A stretch of DNA of 55,366 bases from an uncultured Bacilli bacterium (GTDB taxonomy: Bacteria; Bacillota_I; Bacilli_A; RF39; UBA660): assembly GCA_947626655.1 (NCBI GenBank), contig CANQTA010000003.1, positions 1 through 55,366 of the forward strand. The letters run 5' to 3'. The notes under the pieces were generated by a model, which saw only the letters and a program-made list of their open reading frames with translations, was not told the DNA's origin and made no database searches. Position numbers and translations under genes: made by a program. Below, in pieces: positions 18,725-27,986 of the stretch; the stretch's first letter is position 1; each line of letters opens with the position of its first letter.

Positions 18725-18955
18725 ATGAAAACTTTGAGACTTAAAGAAATTAGAGAAGATAGAGATATTGCCCAAAAAGAATTAGCGGCTTTATTACATA
18801 CTACCCAACAACAATATTCAAAATATGAGACCGGTATATACGTAATACCTTTAGAAAGATTATGTATTCTTGCTGATTTTTATGGTGTTAGTTTAGATTA
18901 CTTAGTTTGTAGAACTGATGAAAGAAAACCTTATCCAAAAAGTAAGCTTGATTAA
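18725..18955 (+). CDS. XRE-family HTH regulator divergent from LRR copy B (start moved to ATG 18725)
   Basis: RLKEIREDRDIAQKELAALL.TTQQQYSKYETG...LADFYGVSLDYL; SD GGAGTG. Confidence 0.92.
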   Translation: MKTLRLKEIREDRDIAQKELAALLHTTQQQYSKYETGIYVIPLERLCILADFYGVSLDYLVCRTDERKPYPKSKLD

Positions 18956-19010
18956 TTTAGTATTGCCCTTAACTAATTTATTAAAGTATAATAATAAGAG
19001 GAAGTGAAAC

Positions 19011-20618
19011 ATGAAAAAAAATGGTTTTATTGACGGGGCTATAATTGCTACGGCAGCAATATTTATTTCAAAGTTTTTAGGAATAATATATACAATACCT
19101 TTTAAAGCTATTGTTGGTTATGAAGGTGGAGCTTTGTATGGTTATGCTTATCAAATCTATAATATTTTCTTAGTAATATCGACAGCAGGTATTCCTCTTG
19201 CTATTAGTAAGCTCACTAGTGAATATAATAGTTTAGATGAACAAGATAAAAAAGCTTATATGTTTAAAATTGCCAAAAAAATAGTTTTAATATTTAGTTT
19301 TATTTCATTTTTAATTTGTTTTCTATTTGCTCCTTTTATTGCTAAAGTTTTAGTTGGCAATAAAGATGCAGTTACTAGTACTATATCAGAAATTGCTTTT
19401 GTTATAAGATGTGTTTCATTTGCTATTTTAATAGTACCATTATTAAGTATAAGTCGGGGTTATTTACAAGGTCATGGTTATATGATGCCATCATCAATAA
19501 GTCAGGTTATTGAACAAATAGTTAGAGTTATTGTTTTATTATTAGGAAGTTTTTTAGTCTATAAAGTTTTAAATCTAAGTTTAAAAATTACTATTGGAGT
19601 AGCAGTATTTGCAGCGGCGATAGGAGCAATTGTTGGTTACATTTATTTAGGAACTAAAATATTTAAATTAAAAAAAGAAGAAAATACTGATATAAGTAGT
19701 ATAAAATTAGAAGAAAAAAAAGTTATTATAAAAAGAATTATTTTTTATGCTATTCCTTTTATTATAATCAATATAGCTAATTCTTTATATTCATTTACTG
19801 ATTTAGCTATTTTAACAAGAGTTTTAAATTATTTAAATTTTAGTAAAAGTGATGTCACTACAATAAGTAGTATCTTTGTAACTTATGGTAGTAAAATGAA
19901 TACAATAGTGACTAGTATTGCGACAGGTTTAGCTTTAAGTTTAATACCGTCTTTAGCTAGAAGTAATACGAAAAAAGATTATAAAGATATCAATGATAAA
20001 TTTAATAAAATTATGGAAGTATTCTTTTATGTAGCTTTACCTATGGCTATATTTATGAGTATTTTTGCTAAGGAAATATGGACAATATTTTTTGATTATA
20101 GTAATTTGGGAACCATAATTATGAAATATATGATAATAGTAGCAGCCTTTGATGCTTTATATATTATGGTTAGTAACGGTTTACAAGGGTTAAATAAAAC
20201 TAAACTGATTTATATTTCAGTTTTATTAGGACTATTTTTAAATTTATGTTTAGATGCTCCTTTGATGATTTTGTTTAATAAACTTAATATTTATCCATAT
20301 TATGGAGCGATAACTGCGACATTAATTGGTTATATTGTTTCATTAATTATTCCTATTACTGTTCTTAAAAAAGCATATCATTTAGATTTTCATAATACTT
20401 TACATAAATTGCCAAAATTATTTTTAGTTTATATATTAATGATACTTCTTTCTTTTGTATATCGTGGTATAATTATAAATGTAGAAAGTAGATTATTATT
20501 AATATTATTAATTGGTTTTATAGGAATTGTCTTAGTGTGCATATACTATGTAATTAATAAAAGTGAAATTGAAGATATTTTAGGAAGTAAATTAACTAAA
20601 GTATTTAAAAGAAAGTAA
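19011..20618 (+). CDS. MOP-superfamily flippase (MurJ/YtgP-like polysaccharide biosynthesis protein)
   Basis: ISKFLG..Y.IPF, YGYAY.IY.IFL.ISTAGIPLAISK, RGYLQG, SQVIEQIVR; many TM helices. Confidence 0.88.
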   Translation: MKKNGFIDGAIIATAAIFISKFLGIIYTIPFKAIVGYEGGALYGYAYQIYNIFLVISTAGIPLAISKLTSEYNSLDEQDKKAYMFKIAKKIVLIFSFISFLICFLFAPFIAKVLVGNKDAVTSTISEIAFVIRCVSFAILIVPLLSISRGYLQGHGYMMPSSISQVIEQIVRVIVLLLGSFLVYKVLNLSLKITIGVAVFAAAIGAIVGYIYLGTKIFKLKKEENTDISSIKLEEKKVIIKRIIFYAIPFIIINIANSLYSFTDLAILTRVLNYLNFSKSDVTTISSIFVTYGSKMNTIVTSIATGLALSLIPSLARSNTKKDYKDINDKFNKIMEVFFYVALPMAIFMSIFAKEIWTIFFDYSNLGTIIMKYMIIVAAFDALYIMVSNGLQGLNKTKLIYISVLLGLFLNLCLDAPLMILFNKLNIYPYYGAITATLIGYIVSLIIPITVLKKAYHLDFHNTLHKLPKLFLVYILMILLSFVYRGIIINVESRLLLILLIGFIGIVLVCIYYVINKSEIEDILGSKLTKVFKRK

Positions 20619-20626
20619 GGTATAAT

Positions 20627-21160
20627 ATGAATTTTTATGTTATTTTAGTATTTCTATTTGCATTAATTGCAATAGCAGTTTTAGTATATTTTATTGCTGT
20701 TACTAAATTGAAGAAATATAATGAGAAAATGAGTAAAGCGGAAGAGATAATTGATACTAAATTAAATGAAAAATTAGAAATTATTATTTCTTTAAATGGA
20801 AGTATTAAAAAAGTAACAGGTAAAAAAGATTATTTAAAAGATTATGTATCTATAAGAGATTTGATAATAACTAATAACGAAAAGGATTTAAAGTTGGATG
20901 AAGCAGTTAAATTAATAAATGATTTAATGACCGATTTTGATAATTTAAATAAAGATAATGATTTTATCAAAAATTATAAATTATTAAGAGAGACAGATGA
21001 AATATTGATAGCAGCTAAAAATTTATTTAATCAAAACGCTATTGAATCAAATAAACTTATTAAATCTTTTCCTTATAATGTAGTTGCTAAATTAGCAAAA
21101 TATAGAATTAGAGGCTTTTATAATAGCAATAATAAAACCGATGACGGTGAAACGTTTTAA
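20627..21160 (+). CDS. LemA-family membrane protein
   Basis: N-terminal TM; FN......N..I.SFP.NVVA C-terminal motif. Confidence 0.7.
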   Translation: MNFYVILVFLFALIAIAVLVYFIAVTKLKKYNEKMSKAEEIIDTKLNEKLEIIISLNGSIKKVTGKKDYLKDYVSIRDLIITNNEKDLKLDEAVKLINDLMTDFDNLNKDNDFIKNYKLLRETDEILIAAKNLFNQNAIESNKLIKSFPYNVVAKLAKYRIRGFYNSNNKTDDGETF

Positions 21161-21816
21161 AGTTTCCAATCTATCGGTTTTATATTGTTTTTTATTAAAA
21201 ATTCATTAGTTTTGGAAAAAGGTTTTGAACCGAAAAAACCACTGTTAGCAGAAAAAGGTGATGGATGAGGGCTTGTTAAAATAAGATGTTTAGGGTTGGT
21301 AATAAACTTTATTTTTTCTTTAGCAAAATTGCCCCATAAGATAAACACAACAGGTTCTTCTTTTTCATTAATGACTTTAATTATATAATCTGTTAAAAGT
21401 TCCCATCCTAATCCTCGATGAGAAGCAGGATGATCTTTATCAACTGTTAACACAGCATTTAAAAGTAATACTCCTTCTTCGGCCCATTTAGTTAAATCAC
21501 CATATTCAGCAGGTTTAATTCCTAAATCACTTTCCAATTCTTTATAAATATTTTGAAGTGATGGAGGAATTTTTATTCCTTTTTGAACACTAAAAGATAA
21601 GCCATGAGCTTCTCCTTCACCATGATAAGGATCTTGTCCCATAATAACCACTTTAACATTACTGTATGGGGTTAATTTTAAAGCATTAAATATATAATTT
21701 TTGGGTGGATATACAATACCTTTTTGATATTTGTCATTTATTATACTTAAAAATTTTTTAAAGCCATTACTTTTTTCAATTATTTCTAATTTAGTATCCC
21801 AATCATTACCAATCAT
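21157..21816 (-). CDS. ung: Uracil-DNA glycosylase
   Basis: GQDPYH, HGLSFSV, PPSL.NIYKEL, VLLLN, HPSPFS. Confidence 0.98.
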   Translation of the reverse strand: MIGNDWDTKLEIIEKSNGFKKFLSIINDKYQKGIVYPPKNYIFNALKLTPYSNVKVVIMGQDPYHGEGEAHGLSFSVQKGIKIPPSLQNIYKELESDLGIKPAEYGDLTKWAEEGVLLLNAVLTVDKDHPASHRGLGWELLTDYIIKVINEKEEPVVFILWGNFAKEKIKFITNPKHLILTSPHPSPFSANSGFFGSKPFSKTNEFLIKNNIKPIDWKL

Positions 21817-21836
21817 ATTATTACTTCCTTTACTAC

Positions 21837-22274
21837 TTATTTATGATAACATTCGTTATTATTAATTTTAAAAGCACGATATATTTGTTCAAGTAAAATG
21901 CCCCGAAATAATCCATGGGGAAAAGTCAATTTAGAAAAACTTATTTTAGTAGGACATAAATCTAAAATTTCTGGAGAAAGGCCATTTGAACCACCAATAA
22001 TAAAATTAATATTGGCATTATGATTAAATAAATTGTTTAAATAATTAGCAAATTCTAAACTATCATAAGTTTTGCCATTAATATAAAGAGCGATATTATA
22101 ACTATTTTTGGGTAGTACTTTTAATAAGTTGCTTGTTTCGATTTTTATATCTTCATTATCTTTGACTTCAACTATTTCTAACTTATGATATTTATTTATT
22201 CTTAAAAAATAGTCTTTTATAAGTTCTTCTAAGTATTTTTCTTTAATTTTACCAACACAAATAATTTTAATCAT
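21837..22274 (-). CDS. rlmH: 23S rRNA pseudouridine(1915)-N3 methyltransferase
   Basis: VGKIKEKY, FIIGGSNG, SFSKLTFPH, LLEQIYRAFKI...YHK. Confidence 0.96.
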   Translation of the reverse strand: MIKIICVGKIKEKYLEELIKDYFLRINKYHKLEIVEVKDNEDIKIETSNLLKVLPKNSYNIALYINGKTYDSLEFANYLNNLFNHNANINFIIGGSNGLSPEILDLCPTKISFSKLTFPHGLFRGILLEQIYRAFKINNNECYHK

Positions 22275-23035
22275 AAAGTTATCACTTCACTAATATTATT
22301 TTGTTCAGCACACTCAATATTTGTAAAATCAACGTTATATTCTTTTAAAGATTCAACAACAGTTTTTAATGCGATATTAGGATCATTATTAACTTCACTT
22401 AAGTGCATTAAATAAACTTTCTTAGTTTTATCACCAATTAATTTGGATAAGTAAAAACCAGCAGCTTGATTAGATAAATGGCCTTCATCAGATAAAACTC
22501 GTTGTTTTAACCAATCAGGATATGGTCCATGGGTAAGCATTTCTACATCATGATTACTTTCTAATAAATAAACATCTCTATTTTTTAATTTATTAAAATA
22601 TTTACTATTAATGTAACCAGTATCCGTTATTTGCACTATGGAAGCTCCAGCACTTTCGATAATAAAATTACGTGAATCTATTGCATCATGACTAGATTTA
22701 ATAGTGGTTATTTTTACATCATCTAAATTAATTTCATTTTCGTAAATTTTGATATGTTCATAATTTTGTAAGCTATCTAAAGAGGCAAACATCTTTTGAG
22801 GCATGTACACTGTAGCTGGATACTTTTTAATAAATGTTTCTAAAGCCGAAATATGATCAGCATGGGTATGACTTATTAAAATTGTATCGATACTTTTGGG
22901 ATCTACACCAATTTCTTTTAAAGAATCAACAATATATTTTTTATTTTTTCCAATATCTAATAAAATATGGTGATTAGCGGTTTCAATATAAGTAGAATTA
23001 CCTTTGGAACCACTTGCAAATATACATACTTTCAT
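22271..23035 (-). CDS. yycJ: MBL-fold hydrolase YycJ/WalJ
   Basis: ASGSKGN, SHTHADH, HDA, TDTGY, ESNHDVEML..GPYP..LKQR.LSD.GHLSN, HLS. Confidence 0.9.
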   Translation of the reverse strand: MKVCIFASGSKGNSTYIETANHHILLDIGKNKKYIVDSLKEIGVDPKSIDTILISHTHADHISALETFIKKYPATVYMPQKMFASLDSLQNYEHIKIYENEINLDDVKITTIKSSHDAIDSRNFIIESAGASIVQITDTGYINSKYFNKLKNRDVYLLESNHDVEMLTHGPYPDWLKQRVLSDEGHLSNQAAGFYLSKLIGDKTKKVYLMHLSEVNNDPNIALKTVVESLKEYNVDFTNIECAEQNNISEVITL

Positions 23036-23061
23036 AATTAACTACTCCTTCTAAAAACTAT

Positions 23062-24579
23062 CTATCTTTTTGGAAATATTTTTCTTGGATCAAAATATGT
23101 TCCACCATTTCGAGGGTCACCATTAGCAAATGAGAAATGTAAATGAACTCCAGTTGAAGAACCACTATTACCCATATAAGCAATTACTGTTCCTTTAGAA
23201 ACATTTTGACCTTCTTTGACAGGTATATTACTTAAAACGTGACCATATAAAGTATAAATGTTGTTTCCATGGTCAATAATTACAAAATTTCCAAAGCCAC
23301 TACCACAAGTACTGCCATAATAGCCCATATCTGAACAAGTATTATTAACATGAACAACCGTACCGTCATTAGCAGCAAAGATTTTAGAACCTAATCCAGT
23401 TCCAGAAATATCAATTCCACCATGAACTTTACCCCATCTTGGTGCAAACTCACTAGTTACAGCGTATGGAATAATTGTTGGCCACCGCCATCCAGAATCG
23501 CTATAATCATAAGTATCTGTTCCCCATTGAATTGATGTTACTTTTTTACCTTTGGTTCTTATTTGATCCACTTTTTGTCTAATCGTTATATCTTCAAGTA
23601 AAGTAACATTACTATTGGGTTCGCCATTAACAACTGTATATTCACTAGTTTGTAATGAAAGACCGATAACTCCGGGTTGAGTAATTTCTGAATAATTGGC
23701 ATCTTTTGTAGAATCAACTACTACTTCAGTATCAAATGGATATTCTACTTCTTTCATTTCCTTAACTTTATAACTAAAAGAAATTTCGGGATTAATTAAG
23801 GTAATATTAACTTTATCGCCAATAGCAAGCAGTGAATCTTTACTTGAATACTCGGGATTAGCTATTAAAAATTCTTGAGTATTTAATGTGTTTGCTTCAC
23901 TTATAGATTCAATTGTATCACCAGCTTTAATAGTATAACTTTGTTCTTTATAATTAAAGCCAAATAATAATTGTTGGGCTAAAGTTTCACTATTATCATA
24001 AATGGTTTCATTAACACTAATATATTTTTCCCGAATTGTAATATTTTCTAATATTCCCATTTCACTATAATAGACACCAATATCATCTAATTTTTTTTGT
24101 TTATTAGTTAAATAAGCATTATAATCATCTTCATCGATAAAAGCTAAAATAAATTTTTCAATAGCTTCATTTAAAACCTTTTTATCTAAAACATAAAATT
24201 TAAATGATTCTTCATTATCGGTTTTATTAACACTTACTTCATACCCATGAATAGTGAAATCTTGTAATTCTTCAATTTTTTTATAAATACTCCCTAAATT
24301 AGTAATTTCTGTATTATAAGAATATGTTTCTTCAATTTTTAAACTTTCGGGAGGATAAACATTACTAACATGATATTTATCTTTTATATTTTGTTCTCGT
24401 TCATCTATTAAGTCATATAATGCATCTTTACTAGCAATAGCACCGATTATCTCGCCATCTAAGTAAACATTATAAACTTTTTGACCACTCTTAATTTCTT
24501 GATAACTACCTATCATAAAATATAAGCCTAAAATAAAGATACATAATATAGTAGTTACAATTATTTCTTTCTGTTTCAT
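23062..24579 (-). CDS. Membrane-anchored M23 peptidase with LysM and G5 domains
   Basis: N-terminal TM; LysM YTIKAGDTIESI; G5-like region; HGGIDI, YGH, TGVHLH. Confidence 0.9.
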   Translation of the reverse strand: MKQKEIIVTTILCIFILGLYFMIGSYQEIKSGQKVYNVYLDGEIIGAIASKDALYDLIDEREQNIKDKYHVSNVYPPESLKIEETYSYNTEITNLGSIYKKIEELQDFTIHGYEVSVNKTDNEESFKFYVLDKKVLNEAIEKFILAFIDEDDYNAYLTNKQKKLDDIGVYYSEMGILENITIREKYISVNETIYDNSETLAQQLLFGFNYKEQSYTIKAGDTIESISEANTLNTQEFLIANPEYSSKDSLLAIGDKVNITLINPEISFSYKVKEMKEVEYPFDTEVVVDSTKDANYSEITQPGVIGLSLQTSEYTVVNGEPNSNVTLLEDITIRQKVDQIRTKGKKVTSIQWGTDTYDYSDSGWRWPTIIPYAVTSEFAPRWGKVHGGIDISGTGLGSKIFAANDGTVVHVNNTCSDMGYYGSTCGSGFGNFVIIDHGNNIYTLYGHVLSNIPVKEGQNVSKGTVIAYMGNSGSSTGVHLHFSFANGDPRNGGTYFDPRKIFPKR

Positions 24580-25925
24580 TAACTCTCTTCCTCTACATTT
24601 GGAGCCATACTTCTAATAGCACTCATGCTAAGTTCAAATACTAATGGTATAGTACCAAGGCCACCTTTCCGATGCTTAGCCACAATAAGTTCAGCTGGCA
24701 CAATTTTTTCTTTTTGATCTTTTTTAGCTTCATGGTAATCTTTACGATTAAAGAACAATACCATATCAGCATCTTGTTCAATAGAACCTGACTCTCTTAA
24801 ATCTGATAAAACTGGTGTATTGCCCTCTCTTTTAGTTGTAACACTGCTCCGATTTAATTGGGCCAAAGCTATAACTGGTACACCAAGTTCTAAAGCCATT
24901 GTTTTTAAGTTACGGGAAATTTCTCCTACTTCAACTTGACGTGATTCAACTTTTTTACCCATTGTAAGTAATTGCAAATAATCAATTACAACTAATCCTA
25001 AGCCTTCTTTTAAATTGGCAAGGCGACGACATTTAGCTTTTATTTCTGGCAAAGTAACACTTAAATTATCTTCTATATAAAGATTGGTATCAGCTAAAAT
25101 ATTGATAGCTTCATTATATTTTTTCCAATCTCTTTCACCCATTTGACCAGTTTGTAATTTATATGTTTCGATACTACCTACGGCACTAATAATCCGGTTA
25201 ACAAGTTGTTCAGCAGTCATTTCTAAGTTAAAAATAGCAATAGCTTTTTTAGTAGTACGAGCAGCATAAGCAGCCATATTTAAAACTATTGCTGTTTTTC
25301 CCATACCAGGTCGAGCTGCTAAAATAATTAATTCACCGGGTTGAAAACCAGTCGTAATTTTATCTAAATCATAATAACCACTTTCTAAACCTGTAATTAG
25401 CTTTTTAGTTTTCGCTAATTCTTCTAATTGGGCTTGGGCTCTTCTTAAAACTTCTTGAATAGGGACAAATTCATTTACTTTACGTTGTTTAATAACATTT
25501 AAAATATTTCGTTCCGCATCATCTAAAAGCGTGGTAACATTTTCTTCATTATAGGCTTCTTCAACTATATTTGTTGCTGTATTTATGATATTTCTTCTTA
25601 AAAAATGTTCTTTAATAATATCTAGATAATAAGATAAATTAGCAGTGGTAATAACACTATCAATGACTTCACTAATGTATGGTAGCCCTCCTACTTGCGT
25701 TAATCTTTTTTTCTTATCTAATTCTTCCTTGACCATTTTAGCATCAATAGGAATATGATTAGAATGCAATTCATAAATAGCTTCAAATAAATATTTGTTA
25801 CGTTCATCATAAAACATGTCAGCATTTACTTCGTCACAAACGTCATCTACTAAAGTATTATCAATAAAACAAACACCCAAAACACTCATTTCTGCTTCTT
25901 TATTCGAAGGCATAACTCTTGGCAT
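24579..25925 (-). CDS. dnaB: Replicative DNA helicase
   Basis: EAE.SVLG, LAARPGMGKT, IDYLQL, AQLNR, SDLRESGSIEQDAD. Confidence 0.98.
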   Translation of the reverse strand: MPRVMPSNKEAEMSVLGVCFIDNTLVDDVCDEVNADMFYDERNKYLFEAIYELHSNHIPIDAKMVKEELDKKKRLTQVGGLPYISEVIDSVITTANLSYYLDIIKEHFLRRNIINTATNIVEEAYNEENVTTLLDDAERNILNVIKQRKVNEFVPIQEVLRRAQAQLEELAKTKKLITGLESGYYDLDKITTGFQPGELIILAARPGMGKTAIVLNMAAYAARTTKKAIAIFNLEMTAEQLVNRIISAVGSIETYKLQTGQMGERDWKKYNEAINILADTNLYIEDNLSVTLPEIKAKCRRLANLKEGLGLVVIDYLQLLTMGKKVESRQVEVGEISRNLKTMALELGVPVIALAQLNRSSVTTKREGNTPVLSDLRESGSIEQDADMVLFFNRKDYHEAKKDQKEKIVPAELIVAKHRKGGLGTIPLVFELSMSAIRSMAPNVEEES

Positions 25926-25933
25926 AAATTCAC

Positions 25934-26374
25934 CTACTTATCTAAAATAACATTTATATAAAATTTAACCTTTTTGTGAAGTTCTATTAAAACTTTATGA
26001 ACTCCTAAAGAATCGATGTTGCCATCAATTTTTATACATTTTTTATCTATATTAAAGCCCATTTTTTTGATAGATTCACAAATTTGTTTACTAGAAATAT
26101 TACCAAATACTTTATCTTGGGCGCCAGTATTTACTTTAAAAGTAATATTTTTGTTTTCTAATTTTTCTTTTATTTTGTTTAATTCACTTATTAAAGCTGC
26201 TTCTTTATCTAAACGATCTTTTATTTCGTTATCTAAAACTTTTTTACTTCCTTTTGTATATAGAACTCCTAATTTATTTTTTATTAAATAATTTTTGCCA
26301 TAGCCATCACTAACATCGATAATATCATCTTTTTTGCCTTGCCCTTTTACATCTTCAAGTAAGATTATTTTCAT
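25934..26374 (-). CDS. rplI: 50S ribosomal protein L9
   Basis: MKIILLEDVKGQGKK..I.DVSDGY..NYL; VFG.IS. Confidence 0.97.
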   Translation of the reverse strand: MKIILLEDVKGQGKKDDIIDVSDGYGKNYLIKNKLGVLYTKGSKKVLDNEIKDRLDKEAALISELNKIKEKLENKNITFKVNTGAQDKVFGNISSKQICESIKKMGFNIDKKCIKIDGNIDSLGVHKVLIELHKKVKFYINVILDK

Positions 26375-26430
26375 ATATCCTCCTTAATAAGTCTTTAATA
26401 TTATAACATACATTAACAGGAATTTGAATA

Positions 26431-26631
26431 CTACACCGTAATTATCCATTCCCTTTTTTTACCTAAATTAATAAGTTTAATTACATGATTATCTTTTAAA
26501 ACTTTCATATACCTTCTAATGGTCCTTTCACTAAGTTTATATTTCTTTTTTAACATTGTTTGCGTTATTTTAGGATTATTATTAATATCCATTAAAATAT
26601 CTAATAATAAGTCATATTTTATTTCTTTCAA
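26431..26631 (-). CDS. Small winged-HTH protein (TTG start)
   Basis: NPKITQ..L...Y.LSERTIRR....LK....I...G...W; SD AGGAGG. Confidence 0.75.
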   Translation of the reverse strand: MKEIKYDLLLDILMDINNNPKITQTMLKKKYKLSERTIRRYMKVLKDNHVIKLINLGKKREWIITV

Positions 26632-26755
26632 TTTTACCCCTCCTACTATTTATATATGTTTTTAGAGGGCTATTTCCTTTTTTTAAAGAAAAATTTTGTT
26701 TAAAATATGAAAAATATTTTTAAAAATGTCTAATTTATGTTAATTTTTTGTGCAT

Positions 26756-26781
26756 AAAAAAAATTCACATATTATTGTGAA
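26756..26781 (-). terminator. Terminator after rpsR
   Basis: Minus strand TTCACA-ataata-TGTGAA followed by T8. Confidence 0.65.
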
Positions 26782-26790
26782 CTCTTTTAG

Positions 26791-27006
26791 TTATTTGGTA
26801 TATGGTATTAAAGCCATAAATCTTGCATATTTAACTTGTTCTGCAATATGTCTTTGATGTTTAGCACAAGCACCAGTAACTCTTCTTGGAAGGATTTTTC
26901 CTTTTTCATTAATGTACTTGTTTATAATCATAACATCTTTATAGTCAACACTTTTTCCAGCGCACATTTGACATATTTTCTTTTTCTTACGATAAAATTC
27001 TGCCAT
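26791..27006 (-). CDS. rpsR: 30S ribosomal protein S18 (Zn-binding type)
   Basis: C..C..VDYKD, GKILPRRVTG.CAKHQR. Confidence 0.98.
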   Translation of the reverse strand: MAEFYRKKKKICQMCAGKSVDYKDVMIINKYINEKGKILPRRVTGACAKHQRHIAEQVKYARFMALIPYTK

Positions 27007-27022
27007 TTATAATTCCTCCTTT

Positions 27023-27511
27023 TTAGAATGGTAAATCATCACTGCTTAAAGTAATTTCTTCGCCAAAACTTTTAAAAGGATCTTCAGTTAAATCAGCTGT
27101 TTCCATATTATCGACTGGCATTATATTTTCTTCAGGCATAAAATTGTCTTGTTGATAGTTAGGTTCTGGATTATTTCTGGCGGTATTATTACCACTACTA
27201 CTTGATAAGAAATTAACTGTATCACAAACTACTTCCGTAGTGTAACGTTTGTTACCATCTTGACCAGTATAACTACTTGTTCTAATCCGACCTTCTGCAG
27301 ACACTAATGTTCCCTTATGACAATACTTGGAAATATTATCAGCTTGTCTACCCCAAGCGCTACAATTAATAAAATCAGCACCACGTTCACCATTTTTATT
27401 AGTATAATTTTGGGAAACGGCTATTGTAAATCTTGTTACTGCCATCCCACCTGGAGTTGTTCTTAACTCTGGATCTCTTGTTAATCTTCCGACTAAAATT
27501 ACTTTATTCAT
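27023..27511 (-). CDS. ssb: Single-stranded DNA-binding protein
   Basis: MNKVILVGRLTRDPELR...DDLPF. Confidence 0.98.
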   Translation of the reverse strand: MNKVILVGRLTRDPELRTTPGGMAVTRFTIAVSQNYTNKNGERGADFINCSAWGRQADNISKYCHKGTLVSAEGRIRTSSYTGQDGNKRYTTEVVCDTVNFLSSSSGNNTARNNPEPNYQQDNFMPEENIMPVDNMETADLTEDPFKSFGEEITLSSDDLPF

Positions 27512-27516
27512 TTTTA

Positions 27517-27807
27517 CTACTCACTTTCTTTTTTCAAAATTAAATGTCTTAAAATATTTTCATTAATTCTAAGTTTACGGTCGAACTCACCAATAACTTC
27601 ATGAGTAGCTTCTACTTGCATTAAGTAGTAATATCCGCTTACTTCTTTATTAATTGGATAAGCAAGTTTTTTTCTACCCATATCTTTGAATTCGATAACT
27701 TTACCTTTATTGTCACTAATTAATTTTTGAATATCTTTGGTAGTATTGTTTAATGTTTGTTCATCTAATGTTGATTTGACAATAAACATAATTTCATAAT
27801 TAGTCAT
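27517..27807 (-). CDS. rpsF: 30S ribosomal protein S6
   Basis: YEIMFI, G.KKLAYPI.K...GYY. Confidence 0.98.
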   Translation of the reverse strand: MTNYEIMFIVKSTLDEQTLNNTTKDIQKLISDNKGKVIEFKDMGRKKLAYPINKEVSGYYYLMQVEATHEVIGEFDRKLRINENILRHLILKKESE

Positions 27808-27878
27808 CTTTCCACCTCCTTATGGTCTTGCGGCTTTTCCTTTCAAGAAAAAGCAAGGAGTAAATAAATTACTCGTGT
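27808..27878 (-). ncRNA. S6:S18 ribosomal-protein leader (riboregulator)
   Basis: mRNA reads ACTCCTTGC..hairpin..GCCGCAAGACCATAAGGAGGT: an anti-SD CTCCTT able to pair with the SD, plus a CCG loop, as in Firmicutes S6:S18 leaders. Upstream promoter TTTACA-17-TATACT (27882-27910). Confidence 0.8.
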
Positions 27879-27986
27879 ATTAGTATATCAAAAAGTAAGT
27901 AAAATGTAAATAAATTACTTATGCTTTTAGTATATTTTATGGATGAATTTTTATTAATATGTTTAAAAAGAAATGATTTCTCATTT

